Shown piece after piece: positions 13,751 through 28,301 of a stretch of 64,000 nt of DNA. Both the position numbers and the translations under genes were made by a program. The DNA is taken from positions 239,989 to 303,988 of the forward strand of contig MNCI01001083.1 in the NCBI GenBank assembly GCA_015680685.1, given 5' to 3'. Below the pieces are notes generated by a model that was given only the letters and a program-made list of their open reading frames with translations, did no database searches and was not told where the DNA came from. Source of the DNA: Gnetum montanum (Eukaryota > Plantae > Gnetophyta). The first letter of the stretch is position 1, and each line of letters starts with the position of its first letter.

Positions 13751-14439
13751 CTACATGTTATCCAAAGCATATTAAGTAGAACTTGGGTAAAGGTGAATAA
13801 AAAATCCTAAATTGCTATACTATTATGCAAATACATGTTATTCTAATGCAAACCAGGTCATCCAAGGCTATAAATAAAGTAGAACTAAGTAAACAAAGTG
13901 CAATAAGGGCTAAACAAAGGTCAATCAAAGGGAAGTATGAGACATAAGGTTACAAATGGTTAACAAGGATTACAGTTTTGCTAGTTTAAGGCCTTAGTAG
14001 GCCATGATGATAATTTAAGGCCATAGTGGGCCATGATGCCATTTTAAGGCCTTAGCAGGCCATGGTCACATGGTGCTAAATAGTGGCTAGGGAAGGTCAA
14101 ACCCCACTATTTGATACTAATCCAAGGCAAAATAGAGGCAAATAAGGCTATAATAAGGATAATAAAGAAAATATAAAGCTATGTAAAGGCCATAAGAAGG
14201 TCAATAATGCAACACAAGGCCAAAATAAAAGCCAAAACATCATGTTATAAGGCCAAATCAAGAAACATAGGTTACATATGGTAGAACTTGGCTAATATGG
14301 GTGAAAAAATTTATATTTTTGCTAGTTTTAGGCCTTAGTGGGCCATGGTTTAGGGATATAGGGTAGTTAGATAAGTTTGGGCATCAATTAGGGCTGTTTC
14401 TAGGCTATTTAGACTTAGAAATCAAGAGTTTTAAGGCTT

Positions 14440-17400
14440 CCACACTAGCTAGCATTGAAGGAGTGACCCCAACATGGAAACCAAAGAAATTTGTTTTTTT
14501 GGACCATCCAAGGATCCAAAACCAAGGTTTCAAGGCCTTCCCACGGCACCACAAGGCCAAATCTATTAAAACTAAGCACTGTAGAGGTTGCTAAAGGCAA
14601 GAAAGAAATCTTTGGATCTTAACCCCCCTATTTCCACATCTTCCAACATGGAAGGTAGGGGGCTCAGCATGGAGGACCAAAATCAAAGCACAATAGGATC
14701 AAACAAGGTCAAACTTGTAGCCAGAACCCAAATCTAGGAGTTGTGCATCTCCTAGCTCCATTTTGAGGCCATTTGAGTTAGTTTCAAGTGTCAAAACAAG
14801 TTGAAATTACTTTTCCCCATTTTTCCATGCTAATCAAAGCATCCCAAATGTTGAAGAATTGGGGGACATTTTTTTTATAATTTTGGGATGGTTTGGAAGA
14901 ACATCAACTAGGTTTCTATGCTCCTATGGCTATAGGTCATGATTTCCCAAGTTTTTGGCTAATTTTGATCATGTTTAAAGGTCATTTATGGGCATCCAAG
15001 GTTTTACCCCTTTGCTTCCATGATGAGGGAGTTACTCTAGTATGGAAGATTAGGAGGAATAAGCTTTAATGGCTAAAATTAAGTAAAATGAGAATAATAT
15101 TAAGGCTATGAGGTCCTAGGCTTCTCTAGCATCGATTTTTGATCTCTAGGAGTGTCATCTTACCATAAAAAGTGGAAAAGAAGATTCACCCCCTATTTTC
15201 ATGATACCCACTATGGAAGGGGCCTTCTCCAATGTATATGGAATAAGAATCCTATATCTAGGCCAATTCAATCACAATCAACTATGCATGTCATCTCCTA
15301 GAGTTATTAGGGTTAAGGGCTAGGGTTTTTAGTCAAAATTTGGCAATTCTAGGTGTTCCTAGGTGGCTTTTTAGGCTTCCCCCTTTTTTCCACACTAAGG
15401 ATGGAGTGCCTAGAATTGATCTAATTGGAGAGATCAACTGGGATATCCTTTTGACCATTTGGGATTAGTTTTGTATGGTTTGAGGGCTCTAGAACATGCA
15501 AACATGGTCATAGGATGCATGGAAGGTTGTAGGATGTTTGTTTAAGGTGTTTAATGGCTATTTTTGAGTTTTCCAAAAGTTTTCCCCCTTCTTCCATGCT
15601 AGCATGGAAGAGGTGGCTTCCAACATTGAAGAACTAAGGGACTCTACTTTTTACTATTTTTTGTTACTTCTAGCCATGCATGTAGGTCTCCAAGGTTGCT
15701 AGTATTGATTGTTGACAACTAGGATTAAAACGTGGTCATTTTAATGGCTATTAGGTCATTTTTATGTTTCCCCTTTCTTTGATGCTAAGGTTCCTATGCT
15801 CATCATGGAAAATCAAGGGAGCTAGCGTTTTGCATATCCATGATTAAGTTTGGAGAGTCTAAGTGTTTTGGGATGTGTAGATAGGATCCTAGGATGTATA
15901 CAAGACTTCCTAGTGTTTGTTTGGGATATCTAAAGGTAAATTTTAAGTTTCTGCAATGTTCCCCCTACTTCTATGCTAGCCAGTGTGGAAGAGATGGCTC
16001 TCAACATGGAAGAACCAAGGGAATCTATTTTTTAATATCTTCTGATAATTTTGGCTATGCATGTGTGTCCACATGGTTGCTGGTGTTGGTTGTCAATTCC
16101 TAGAGTCAAAATCTAATCATATTGAGGGTTGTAAGGGAGTTTTTAGGATTCTCCCCTTCTATCCATGTTGAGGCTAGGATGCTTAATGTAGATGGAATCT
16201 CCAATAGTGTGGAGCATCCAAGGGAGGCAAGTTTGGATTACTTTAGTTGACTTCCAAAAGTTTGGTGGCCTTTGGAAGGGTTGGGTTGCTTCTAAAAGTT
16301 AGTTTTCATGTGAATTTCAATAGTTTTAATTTTCCCCCCTCCATCCATAGTAGGGATAGGATTCTAAGAATTGTTGAGATCATCCTTAGTGTGGAAGAAC
16401 TTTAGGGAGACTATTTTTATTATTTTTTGGCATTCTTGTGGGTTCCGAAAGGGTTGTCAAGGTTCTAATGTAGGTACAAGGTAATTTGACATTGTTTTCT
16501 TGCATTTAGGAGCCCCCACTAATCTTCCTAGTTGCATCCACCTTTTTTCATGCTAGGTAGCATGGAAGAGGTGTCCCCTAGTGTGGATGAACCAATAATA
16601 TATAACTAGGCCAATTTGATAGCCAATAAACCATGCATGTTAGTTTCTAGGTTTGCCAATGTCGATGATCAATACTTTGTGTCAAGACCTAGTAGTTTGG
16701 AGGTTTTTAGGTGCCTCATGCAATCACCCCTTTCTTCCATGCTAGGCATGACATCTCTAGAGTGGATAAGAGGGGGAATGATAGTTTTGTTCCATTTTTT
16801 ACTACTTTCAAGGCATTCAAGAGCTTCAGAGATTTTGATAATGTTTAGGGGTCACCAAAGTAGGTTATTTCGCTATTTTAGGTCATAATTTAGGTTTTCT
16901 TACATATCCCCTAGGTTTCCACATTGGTTCCAAGCTAGGAAGCATGGAGGAAGGGTTCATCTATGTGAAACAGGCTATGGATGGAAAATTGACTTGTCTA
17001 AATGTTAAATAAGGCTATTGAAGGCTATAAGGGAGTATTGGGCTTGAAAAATGGATATTAGGTAGTCAATTTGGAAGGTTTTGTTCATCCCCCCATCAAT
17101 CCACACTAGGGCTAGGATGCTTAACATGGATGAGAACTCCCCCAACATGGAACCACCAAATCCAAAGGTTTCAAGTACTTTCAACTAGATTTATTAAGCT
17201 TTCGGTGCTATTGGGGGTGCTTGAAGGGGTTTTAGATCATGTGGGACCACTTTGGGAGTCAAAATTAGGCTATATGGGTGTTGGGAAATAAGAATGACTA
17301 CTACACGCTTCTTTCATCTTGGGTGATGTTGCCTTAGCATGGAAACCCAAGTTGTCTAGTTTTGTTAGTGTCTAACCCCCTTTCAAGGCCTAAGGTTAAA

Positions 17401-17510
17401 AAAGGTAGGTTATAAATGCTTAAAATATTAATAAAGTAAGGTTTTAATGGTTTTAGAAGGCAGGAGGTATGTGTTCATGCTAGGTATGGTATCCCTAACA
17501 TGGATGGATG
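14440..17510. repeat. Array of short inverted motifs (TCCAYRYTRG..CYARYRTGGA) in element B
   Basis: Many variant pairs; a perfect 22-bp palindrome TCTTCCATGCTAGCATGGAAGA at 15590-15611. Confidence 0.7.
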
Positions 17511-17958
17511 AGAGTTAACACCCAAGTTGATGTAGCTTTCTATGTTAAGAGTGAAGGCATATGGCGGGCCCATTACCAAAATTTTTTTAAAATTTGAAAT
17601 TTGAACTTAACTCCCACCAATACCATCATGAAGAGGACAAACACCCCCCCCCCCCCCCCCGGGGGACTTCAGTGCACTTGAAGTTATGATGAACTGGATT
17701 GGCAACTAGGGTTTAAATTGAGTTTTTATTATCAAATTTTACAATTTTCATCCACAATATTTACTTTGTACTAATAGTGCATTGGAAGGGAGCCCAAGCA
17801 GAGATTTCTTGTTGCAGAAACCATCAATCTTCAATGTGGAAACTATGGTGCTCAAGTGGTGTGGAGGGAAGAGCAAACATCCAAGAACCTAGAAGGTAGA
17901 AAAAAATGCCAGAAACCTATCTAGACTTCCTAGATCCATCTCCATATAAGCTTCATCC

Positions 17959-20900
17959 ATGGCTATCCCAAGTTAGGCAATTCTTGCCATTTTTCCTTTA
18001 GTTTCTAGCCATTTTTTCTTACTTTTCTTGCTATAGTATGGCCATTTTCTATATATCTACATTGAAACAAGAGGTAAAAGAAAATTCCAAAAAAAACCTA
18101 CATATTTTTTGGTAGTTCTTATAGATCTAGGGTTTTTTCATTGTCTTAGCCTTGGTAGACTTTATTTTTGAAAAATAGACTTGCTATGTTCATGCTTCTT
18201 TTTTTCTAAAATTGAGGGATAAGGTTGTTTTTCTTAGAACTAGGCCTTAATGCTTGTCAAAATTTAATTTTGAAAAAATATTACTCCTTTATTTTGGTGT
18301 ATGTTTAAATCGTTATGAGTTGTTTTGGCTATTTTGTCTATTTTTCATTACTATATTAAGTTAGATTTATAAATTTTGAGCTTTTTGGTGATTTTTGTAC
18401 GAAGAAAGAAAGCAATGTTATGTACCCGTTACTAAGAAAACAACTGATATATATTTAAAATATGATGTTATTGGTTTGTAGCTCTACATTTAAGATTTCT
18501 AATGGCTATGTCCTATTTGATTTGGATTTAAAACGATGAAGTTATGGCTATTTTCATGAGGTTGTGCAATTAGGTCTTTATGCCATTTCTTCAAATTTTC
18601 ATGTAAGTTCATAAATTTTTTCTAAGCAAACAGTAAGGTTTTTAGCCATTTTTTTGGTTTTTTCTATGTGGATCTTGGCTTACATTCCAATGAAGGTAAA
18701 ATCACTCTATTTGGGTTTGAAATGAATTTTTAATAGTTTTTTTTATTAAATTGGTGTCTAAAGGGCTTTGTGTTGTTTTAAGATTTTCATCCAAATTAAT
18801 GATTTTGTTTTTGAATAAATGATAAGGGTTTTGAATTTTTTATGAGTTTGTATGCATAGGGATTAACTTAAGCTTTCAAATGGTGAAAAAATCACCCCTT
18901 TTTCAGCTCAAACAAATTTTGGTAAATTTTCTCCCAACTTCATGAAAGGGGATTAATGTTAATGGGTACAATTTTGCTAGTTTTCGCTATGTTTGATGTA
19001 AGTATGGTTTTTCTTTTGTTTTTTTGGTTTTAATAGGTAGGGATCCAAAGCTCATGATTTTAGAATTTCATTTGTGGTGGAATCACTGAAATTGGAGCTA
19101 GGATGATTTTTTAATGATTTTTTCACCTAGGTTGTGTTAATAAGGCTAAACGTTTTTTGTAGCACTTTATCCCTTTGGAGATGGATGTTATTGACATGCT
19201 TAGAGATTTCTCTTGACAACTTCTATGACCTTATGAATGTTCTAAAATTCTTGTAATGCTCTAAATTTTGTTTTGAAGGTTATAAGCAAACTTTACTATT
19301 TTTTGTAATGTTCATGCTATTAGTTATTTCTTAGACTTTAAATTTGGTTTTGTGTCAATTTGATGTGCTATCTAGGCTATAATGTTTTGGCTATGATGTA
19401 TAAGGCTATGAAAGGTTGTAATAAGGATGCCATGAATTTCTTAGAAAAACTTGAATAGAAGCCTTAGAGCTTTTTAGAGGAGCTAATTTCACCTCCAACT
19501 AGGATGTTTTTACAAACTTGTTAAGAAATTTCAATCAGTCATGATATTTTTGCTTCTCCATGTACAGTTTTCTTGAATGCCATACTCAACATTAATTAGT
19601 TAGTGGGCATTTTATGCTACATTGGAAACCCTAAGACCAATACTCATTTACCTTACATAACCTTAGACAAGATCTCACTATGGTTCTGACCAGTGACAAG
19701 GGAATTCCTTGTATGCATCCTTCAAAATTTCAAGATGATGATGCTATCACACATCTTTGCAGATGTGGTCGGGGTCATAGTAGAGACACTGATGCCTTGA
19801 GAATTTAGTCTAATCACTAGGTTTATCATTGATAATCCACTACCTAGGATAATAGGGGACATAGTAAACATGATTAGCCCATGCTACCTCATGGAGATCT
19901 GGACTATGCCAAAGTGTAATCAATATAATGTTGATAATACTTTGATGGCAGAACATAGGGTTCACCATCAATGACCAAGGCTTGATCACTAACAATCAAA
20001 CCTTAGTAGTCACTCAAACCAACTTAGATGTATTTACCAAAGGCTCCCAAATTAGAACCGTTATGTATGGATAGTTAAAAGGGGACTTTGACAATAAGTG
20101 TGTGGCCAACAAGATGATACACAACTAGTGGGTGGGCTCCAAGAGCACCTTGGATTAGATCCTTGCAGCTAGGACCTTTGACCAAATGACACCAAGGAAG
20201 AAAAAAAAGCTAAACATAATAGTTATAACATCTAATGTTTTAAGGTTACTAAATATTTAAGTATTCTATCATTAGAACTAGTTGCTAACCATGCCTATGT
20301 TGATGCTAAATGCTTAGTTTTTGCTCTATAAGATGCCTTGTCAACATCACCTTACCACTTTTAGGACATCATGAGGATATCCTCATCATAAATTTTGGTG
20401 AGATGATACCAACACAAGAGTGGCTAAGGGGATAGACACTCAGATTAATTCAAGCAAACATTAAGCATGCAAGTTTGCTTAATCTATATATGACACCTAT
20501 TCCTTCCATCCCCACCATAAAGATGTTTCACATCATTGACTCCTTCAATAGAGAAGATTATCATTTCAACACCTTCATTTGAGGCATGCTAATTACCATA
20601 GTCATCAATGATGACAGCTTTTGCAACTTGTTTAGTGTTCTCATTGATGGGGCAAAGGTTGCCACCCAAATAGTGAAGGAAGCAAGTCATCCTAAGGAAG
20701 TTTTGGAGTGTCTTCATGATAGCATGGGACACTTTGAAATTTCTATGGATTACTTTATGAACTCTAAGCCAAGGTCATCATATCCCTTGTTCAGGTCCCA
20801 TGCATTTCCTAAACTATTATCACAAAAGAAGGTGATCAGCATTGTGTAGGGATGAACCTTTAAGAGGGTCTTAATGGATGACATCAAATTCAATTGGGTA

Positions 20901-22865
20901 GTTGCTTTGGCTATTGGGATTTAGGATGAGACTCTTGGACTCTGCAATGACATCTCTATGATAATTCACATACATTTTTCATTCTTTTTGGGTTATCTAA
21001 AGACATTCATAGAGTTTTTGGTGGTGTGGAGGAATGGGAAATGAGTTATCCAAGACCCAAACTAGCTTTCTAGGCCTTGGATAAAGCACATTTATCCAAT
21101 CATGTAGGACCAAATGAGATGGATAATTCAATGTTTGTTACCACCAAGGATCTTGGTGGTAGGTAGTGTGAATTCCCTACTAGGATAGGGGAGTAGCCCC
21201 TCATGATTCTAGTGAGAATCTTAGAATCCAAGCAGTGACATAGAGAAGCCAAAGGGAAAGCTAGGGCCAAGCTCAAGAGGCATGTAGAGGAAGCATCGCC
21301 AATGTCAGAGCATCTCATCTAAAAGAAGCTTAAGTTTAAGATTAAGGCATCACATTAGGTAGTCATAAGTATGCTTTATCTATGCTTTGGTCTTCTATTT
21401 TTTAAGATTTTATGACTACATTATGATTTGTGTGCTAATAAATTTTCTATGTATTATGATTATAGATAAGCATCGAGACATGGTAGCCCAAGTTGCCATG
21501 GAGGAGGAAGACAGAGGTGTGCAGCCACTATAGTAGAGGAGGAACAATAGTGTGTAGAGGAGATACTCTTAAAGTAGCATGTGGTTGAAGGGTTCACTAG
21601 TGTAGATATAGATGATCTAGATCCTTTGTTCATTAAGGAAATACTAGGGCCATCCCCCATCATCATCCTATAGGAAGAAGAGGAGGAGCCAAGTATGCAC
21701 ATGTCTTAATGCTTCCTATTATATCCTATTGTTTTATGTTTGGTTTTTATCCTAACCATTTGATAATTGTTATGATTATAGTAGTTTTTAAGCTATCAAC
21801 GTAGGCCTTTGTCTCTATGTTTCATCCAAAACCATTAGTAGAGGTCCTACACAAGGTGGAGTTCATGCATGGGATGGCCAAGGACATCATCGACCAGTTG
21901 GAATAAGTTGTACCTGAGATAGGTAACAACTTTATTTTTTATGCTTTAGTCATTTTTATATGTCATAGGTTATTTTTAATTTATGGCTATCTTATGTTGT
22001 AAACTATTTTTACATGTGTATTTTATGGTTATGCATTGTCTTCTGTGGAGTGGGATCCCAACCAAGACATGGAGATTGACTCCTTGCTGAAGCTTCCCTT
22101 TGATGTCTCTAGTGTATCCTTGAAGTTGTATGAGATTTCTACCAATTTAGCAATGTCATGTGTAAAAACTTCATGGAAACTGAAAAGGTCCAATGAATCC
22201 CTATGGGAGTAGGTTATGGCCTTGAGGGAGAAAACCAATGGTAGGAGTAGGTAATAAGAGAACTCCAAGATCACAAGGCCTTTGTGGAAGCCCAAGTAGC
22301 TAACTTAGGAGAATTGTGGACTAAAGAGAGCATGTGGACCTGCTACTAGCATGCCATCTAGGACAAGGTAGTGCTCTCATAGGAGATGGAAAATTAGCAA
22401 ATGCAAATGGAACTCATCTCCCAAAAGGTTGAAGATGGGAAAGATCACTATGCTTGGGTTCTAAAGTGGGGTAGGATATAAAAAAACCCACAAGAAATAG
22501 TATAAGGCTAATCATGAGCCCTACCTAAAGTGACTCAAGAAGGAGTCAATTGAATAGCATAAGAGAGAGTTATTCATTTAGGGGATCTAGGTAGACAGTG
22601 CCTATTAGCTCTTTATGAGTACTTTCACTGTGAAAAAATCCCCTAGTTCTCATATTACCACTATTGCAGGTGAGACCTTTGTGACTACTATTACTTGAGA
22701 GCCACTTACTTGGACCATAATAGATAGGATTGGCATCCTCACTAGTGTTAATCTTGGGGATATTGATTGGTCCAATATGATAGAGGACTAGATTCTCCAT
22801 CATATGGAGGATGACCTTCCACATCTACCCCCATAAGTCATGGAGCCAGAGTCCCCACAAGTTAT
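17959..22865 (+). pseudogene. Spliced accessory gene of element B, antisense to gag-pol (PMD-like plus helical C-terminus)
   Basis: ATG at 17959; donors at 17972, 21359, ~21693 and ~21924; acceptors at 19567, 21464 and 21781. ORF 20586-20849 contains FCNLFSVLIDGAKV. Colinear with the C copy. Confidence 0.72.
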
Positions 22866-23337
22866 ATGCATTTTATATTTCAGTTTTATTTTAAGTTATG
22901 GTTTTATTTAAGTTATAGTTTTTGATTTTTGGTTTTTGATTGGCTATGTGTTGTTGCATTTTAGACATTGGTGGCCCCAATGGTGAGGGTGGGGATGACC
23001 CACCACTTTTTCCTCCAAATGCCCCTTAGTATCCTTCATTTTTTTATTTTAATATTTTAACTAGATATGCTTTTCTTTTTATATTGATGGCTATTTTTAG
23101 CCAAGACTATGTTATGGATGACTATTATTATTTGTTTGACATTTCACCACACAATGTGGCCATGGCTATGTATGTTATAAACACTATAAATTTTAAATTT
23201 TTGATTTCATTTTTGGCTATATATATATATTGTTCTAGTGTTGTAAATGTTGCAAATGGCTATATTGACAATTTATAAATTTAAAAGGATAAACAATACA
23301 TTTAAAGGCTAAATGTAAATCGAATAAAAGAGACGTT

Positions 23338-23560
23338 TGCTAGTTTTAGGCCATGGCAAGCATAGGTTGTGATGTTTTGCTAGTTTAAGACCATGGTTAT
23401 GGTTATGTTTCCAATTTAAGGCCATGGTGGACCATGTTATGCAATTTGTTTTGCCAATTTAAGGCCATGGTGGGTCATGTTATGCACTTATTTTTTGCTA
23501 GTTTAAGGCCATGGTGGGCCATGTGACGTTGCTAGTTTAAGGTCACGGTAGTTCCATGAT
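23338..23560 (-). repeat. Degenerate tandem repeat, ~30-45-bp unit (core CATGGCCYACYAWGGCCTTAAACTAGCA in element sense)
   Basis: About six units here. Further clusters at 10595-10715, 13978-14070, 14320-14350, 44280-44505, 53170-53200, 53460-53548 and 57275-57345. Confidence 0.85.
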
Positions 23561-23844
23561 GTTCAAAAGAAACATTTTTTTTGTAATTTTTTCTCTTTTA
23601 AATTTTTTATGGTTTTCTTAGTTTATATTGTGCTAAACAAGAAAAATAAAGAAAGAAATAAGGCAATAATAAATGAAAATGTAGATAAAATAAACTTCCA
23701 GACTATATGCATAATAAGTAAAATAAAACGTAAGGAAAATGGGCAATAACTGGCCAACAAAGAGAAAATTTAAGCTAAATGATTATGGTACAAATGGTTA
23801 TAAAATTCATAAGTCCATAGCTTAGAAGGAGTAGGGGTGCATGT

Positions 23845-26800
23845 TACTTGTGCAAACCTGTCCTAATCTTCAAAATATTAGGAAATGTATAAGACCTATT
23901 CTACACAAGTTTGTACTCACCATCCCCTTCACTAATGATGTTGAAAGGGAGTTCATCCCATGACATATCCCATAGCTCATCATTGTTGTTCTTGACTTTC
24001 TACTCTCTTTTTGGTTTATGGACTTCATGCTTGGGAGTTTACTCCTAAAACTCCACTTCAGATCCTTGATTTATGTTCACATTGTTAATAGCTAGGGGAA
24101 CTACACTATCACTGTGGATGATGATTTCACCTCCATTATAAGGAAGGTAAATCTCTTTGTGGATAGGTAAAGACACAGCTCGTAATTGAGCCAACCAAGG
24201 TCTTCCTAGAATAAGGTTAAACCTTGGTGTCTTCTCCACCACCAAGAAATTGGTGGTTGTGTGAAATTACTCCCTTGCCACAAAGTCCAAAGAGATAGAT
24301 CCCTTGACATCAAGCCTTGATACATTGAAGGACTTAAGAGTTGCAGTTGTTGTAGCTTGTATCTATTTTATCAAGTCCTAGCATTTAACGATGATGTATG
24401 GGATGATGTTTGTTGTAGCTCCATCATCAACATGCACTTGATGAAACTTAAATTGTCCCACCTAAATCGTGATGAAAAGAGCAGCCCTAGTCACTTTAAC
24501 ATTTTGGGGATTGGCCTTAATTTTGCTATCATAAAGCAACAATGATGTTGAATTTTCTTCCCTTAGTGAGGAAGGAACCATTATCACATGGATAGATTCC
24601 TCATTAGTGGGGATGTCCTCACTAATAGGGATGGAAGTCAACATCTTAACTAGTGCCTCAAGATATGTGGCAAAAGTCATGATCATCTCATACAAGCTCA
24701 GAGTTATGTTATTTTTCTTGAGCGATTGTCTAACTTGATCTATTGCACTAAGGAAGTTCTTTTCATTGGTCATGGGCTTGTCACCTTGGTTGTGCTTTAC
24801 TTCCTCCATGCAATCCAAAATGTAAACTTCAAACCTAGGTTGTTGGGGCCTTTCCTCCTTTTTCTAGTTTCAATTTTTGGGGTCTTTTTGTGATTCATTG
24901 GTTGAGTCATGTTGGGTAGAGGAGGCCATGGGTATAGACGATATGGTAGTGGGCTTCAGTGGGCTCACTTCCTTCTATGTCTCTATCTACTTGTCACCCT
25001 TGTTTCTAGGATTTAGCTTATGATTCTTTCTTTGCTTGGTTGAGGTCTTTTGATTATTAGTTATGGGTTTTAAGGAAGAGGCAGTTGCATGGGCCATCAC
25101 AAGAGATCATTGTGTAGCCATGTCAGTTGATTAATCTACAACTGATTAGGTTATGTTAGGCTGGGATACTCTAATGAAAAAAGGTTCCTTTGGAGGTGCC
25201 CATGATTATACTCTCATGACAAAAAAGGGTCTTAAATTAGTAGAAATTGAAGAGGCCCTTTCATTTTGATGGGATACCTGGATCATGAATGGTTCCCTCA
25301 TTAGTCTTCAACTATCATCAATGTTATATGCTAAACTAACATAAGGGATGTTATTAGCATTTAATAAGTCCTTGTACACTTTCATCAACTAATTTTGTGG
25401 TCAGATTAGGTTGGAAGAATCCAAGACCAACTCTACCCTATCTTTCATTTTATGAAAGTCATCCTTTAGCATGAGGAAAAAGTCTATGTCATGACCAAGC
25501 AATTGATGATAGTGGAAAGAGCATTCTAGTTTAAAGTACCTAGACAATTGAGGATCATCCTTTGTTGCATGAGTGGGATCTTTGGCTATTTCACATAGCC
25601 TCTTGTGCTTCTTTTGAGTGGCTTTGGTAATTTTCCTATATTGCATGCACCCACTCTTCAATAGTTGATCTAGAAAGTTGAATGTCTTCAAATACAAGGA
25701 AGTGTACTTGCTTCAATCCTTTTGCTTAAACTTTGGCCTAGTTGTAGTCAATGCAGTGGCCCTAGAGGTTGATGGTTAGTTATCATGGTTATTAGTAAGG
25801 GCCTTGGGTGGGTTGGTCCTTAGCCCTTGGTTATCAATCTTGACCTCTTTAGTTATTGTTTCTATGGTCATGTTGTTTTGTTTGTTCCTCTTCTTTGTCC
25901 CACTATATATGTTGGTTTTTGTACGCTACGTAGGCCATGTCATGGCTAGCCTTCCCAATGTCCTCTATGTTCTTCGTTTGGGAGAATTCTTGACTAAGGG
26001 ACAATGGATCAAGGTAATAGAGATTTAAATTGATAAATTCATTAACCTTTCCCTTGAATATATCCAAAATGTTTGTTTCAGCAATAGGTTTTGTTATCTC
26101 ATTGAGCAAACTATTCCATCATTGGATTAACTTCTACACAAGTTCAAGGGGTTCCTACTTGACCTTCATGAGTTGGTCAAGTGTAGTATCAAGATTCAAG
26201 TTGTACTTGAAGTAAGTAAAGAACTATACTATCAAGTCCTCAAGAGAGGATACAGATCCTTTGATTAAGATGCAATACCAATCAAGTACTTTCCTAGTCA
26301 AGGACATAGGAAAAATCCTCATGATAGTGTGTGGCCAAGGTTGCAACAATAAGCACTTAGGGTAGAAGGTAATCAGATGAGAATTAATATTACCTTCTCC
26401 ATTATACTTGCTAAATTAAGGAATATCAACACAAGGAGGAAGTGTCAAATGTGGCACCACAGGGCCTATGGCATTATCTTGGTAAAATTCCATGATCTTG
26501 ACACTTTGTGAAGTAGAGGCTTTGAGCCTCTTCAACTCCTTCATGAGGTTCTCGATCATTTAGAAGGCCTAATCCAAGCCCTGTGGTGCCCCTGTTGGAT
26601 ACAAGATTTAGATGAAGGATTAAGGTGTACATTGTGAGGCTTTTGACATTACTATTAATTGCAAGATAGAAGGGAGTAATTGCATCATGGTTGCAGTTTG
26701 TAAGCCAAATAGGGAAAATGATGCTTTTGCTAATATCTAAGGCACAAATGGGACAAAGCAGGTTTGTGATTGTTGAGTTGCTTGGGGTCTTATGGTGGGC

Positions 26801-27431
26801 TTCACATGGATGATTAGTGGATTTTTGGTGGTGACAACCATTACCAATGGCCTTGAAAATCAGGGTTATGTGGCAAAAGGCATTGATGGGTTATAGGTCG
26901 ATGGTTGTGGCATCAACTAGGTCTAATGCATGGCTATGATCGACATCAGATCAATAGTAGTAGGGTATAAGGAAGTAGAAGATGGGGATACCATTACCAT
27001 GAAGAAAATAAAGGCATTAGAGGAAGGCTCAATTACATTGGGGTTACTTGTTGGAACAACACTCCCAAGATGTCTTTGGGCTCAAATGCTACTCTAAACT
27101 CATCCTCCTCTTCCCATTATTCCTTCAAGTGGTGCTTTTCATCCTTCCCATCCATCTCAATCAATTGAGCTAGAATGTTAACATAGATATCATTAAGGGG
27201 TATTTGGTCATATAGGGAAGGAATATACTCCTTCCCATTCTAATGTATGATCTTAAAATCCCTTTTGGCTTCTACTTCCACACATGAAATTAACTTACCA
27301 GCCTGCATTTTGGCACAAATGTAGTGATAATGATGTTCATTTATGGCCAAAAAGTTTGGAATTTTTCTCCTAATCCTCAAAGACTACCTACACTTAATGA
27401 TAGCAGGGTCTTTAGGATCATAGATCCTCAT
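23845..27431 (-). pseudogene. gag: Element B gag-protease remnant
   Basis: Starts MRIYDPKDP; gag core FSKYNGEG; knuckle (C)HYHQLLGHDIDF (ORF 25401-25697); protease HVDDGA and FNLILGRPWL (ORF 24045-24245). Confidence 0.88.
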
Positions 27432-28215
27432 GGCTTGTTGGCTAGACCCTTCATTAGCAAGGATGAAAGGCAATTTGATCGATTGTGAGAAAGCCATAGT
27501 AATTATGTTAAAAATGGCTTAAGATTAGCTATAAAAGTTGAAGATAGGATCAAATTTCAACAAGTAGAATCTAAAAAGAATCAAAAGAAGCAAAAATGGC
27601 TAAAATGAGGTACTTACTATAAATAGTAAGTGGGAGGAAAGGGGGTAGCCCCTTTTACCAAAAATAGAAAGCTAGGAATGTTGGCATCAAGTCTCACCCA
27701 TGTTGGCCTTCTAGCTACCTCTACAATGGGTATGGTTGGGGGAAAAGAAGGGGGGTGAGATGGGAAAATCTCACACCTTCCTATTCCAATGTTGGTGGGG
27801 GAGTGGAGGAAGACTAAAAACCAAAGTTGAAAGTTGGTGTTTTCCACTAGAACTCAATTTCAGCTAGCTTCCAATTTCCTCAACTAGGAAGGATGGGGGT
27901 TTATATAGCTTTCAAAAGTTTGATGGCTTCTAGAAGAGTTGCACCACCAACTTTGAAAAACTGAAGAAATAATTGGTAGCAAAAGGAAGGAGGAGATGGT
28001 ATTAACACTTGCCTTGGGTTTTGAAATTCACAAGTGTTGTGAAAAATTCAACACCCAACCACCTACAACTTCCATGCTAAAATTTTTGTTAAAGGAAGGA
28101 GGAAAGAGTAGCATTAGTTTTCAAGGTTTTTACTACAAAAATAAAAAAAAGATCTTTTAATTGACAATGTTGGCAATGAGGGAGATAGATTTTTGATGAA
28201 GAAATTGGATGAAGG

Positions 28216-28232
28216 CCCTCCTTCTAGCACAA
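28216..28232 (-). promoter_or_regulatory. Element B PBS, complementary to the 3' end of plant tRNA-Asn(GTT)
   Basis: CCCTCCTTCTAGCACAA versus the tRNA-Asn 3' end CCCTCCTTCTAGCG-CCA (recalled sequence). Confidence 0.8.
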
Positions 28233-28238
28233 GAAAAC

Positions 28239-28301
28239 TATTGCAACTAAAAAAATTGATCACTAGAAAATTGAAAGATCTAGCATAGTAGACTCAACGT
28301 C
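28239..28301 (-). repeat. Element B 5' LTR, U5-terminal fragment
   Basis: Matches 8195-8257 and continues at 59035 after element C. Confidence 0.85.

Noticed and set aside
19955-19970. Apparent intron loss in the B copy of the accessory gene
   Set aside because: The deletion also removes about 45 nt of exon 2, so it is an imprecise deletion and not retro-processing.
17959-22865. Host gene interrupted or flanked by transposons
   Set aside because: It sits at the same internal position in two independently inserted copies bounded by LTRs and TSDs, so it is element-borne.
23338-23560. Repeat-spacer pattern resembling a CRISPR array
   Set aside because: The units are degenerate with short, related spacers, the context is a plant retroelement, and there are no cas genes.
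28216-28232. tRNA gene fragment
   Set aside because: Only the 3'-terminal ~17 nt are present next to an LTR, so it is a primer binding site.
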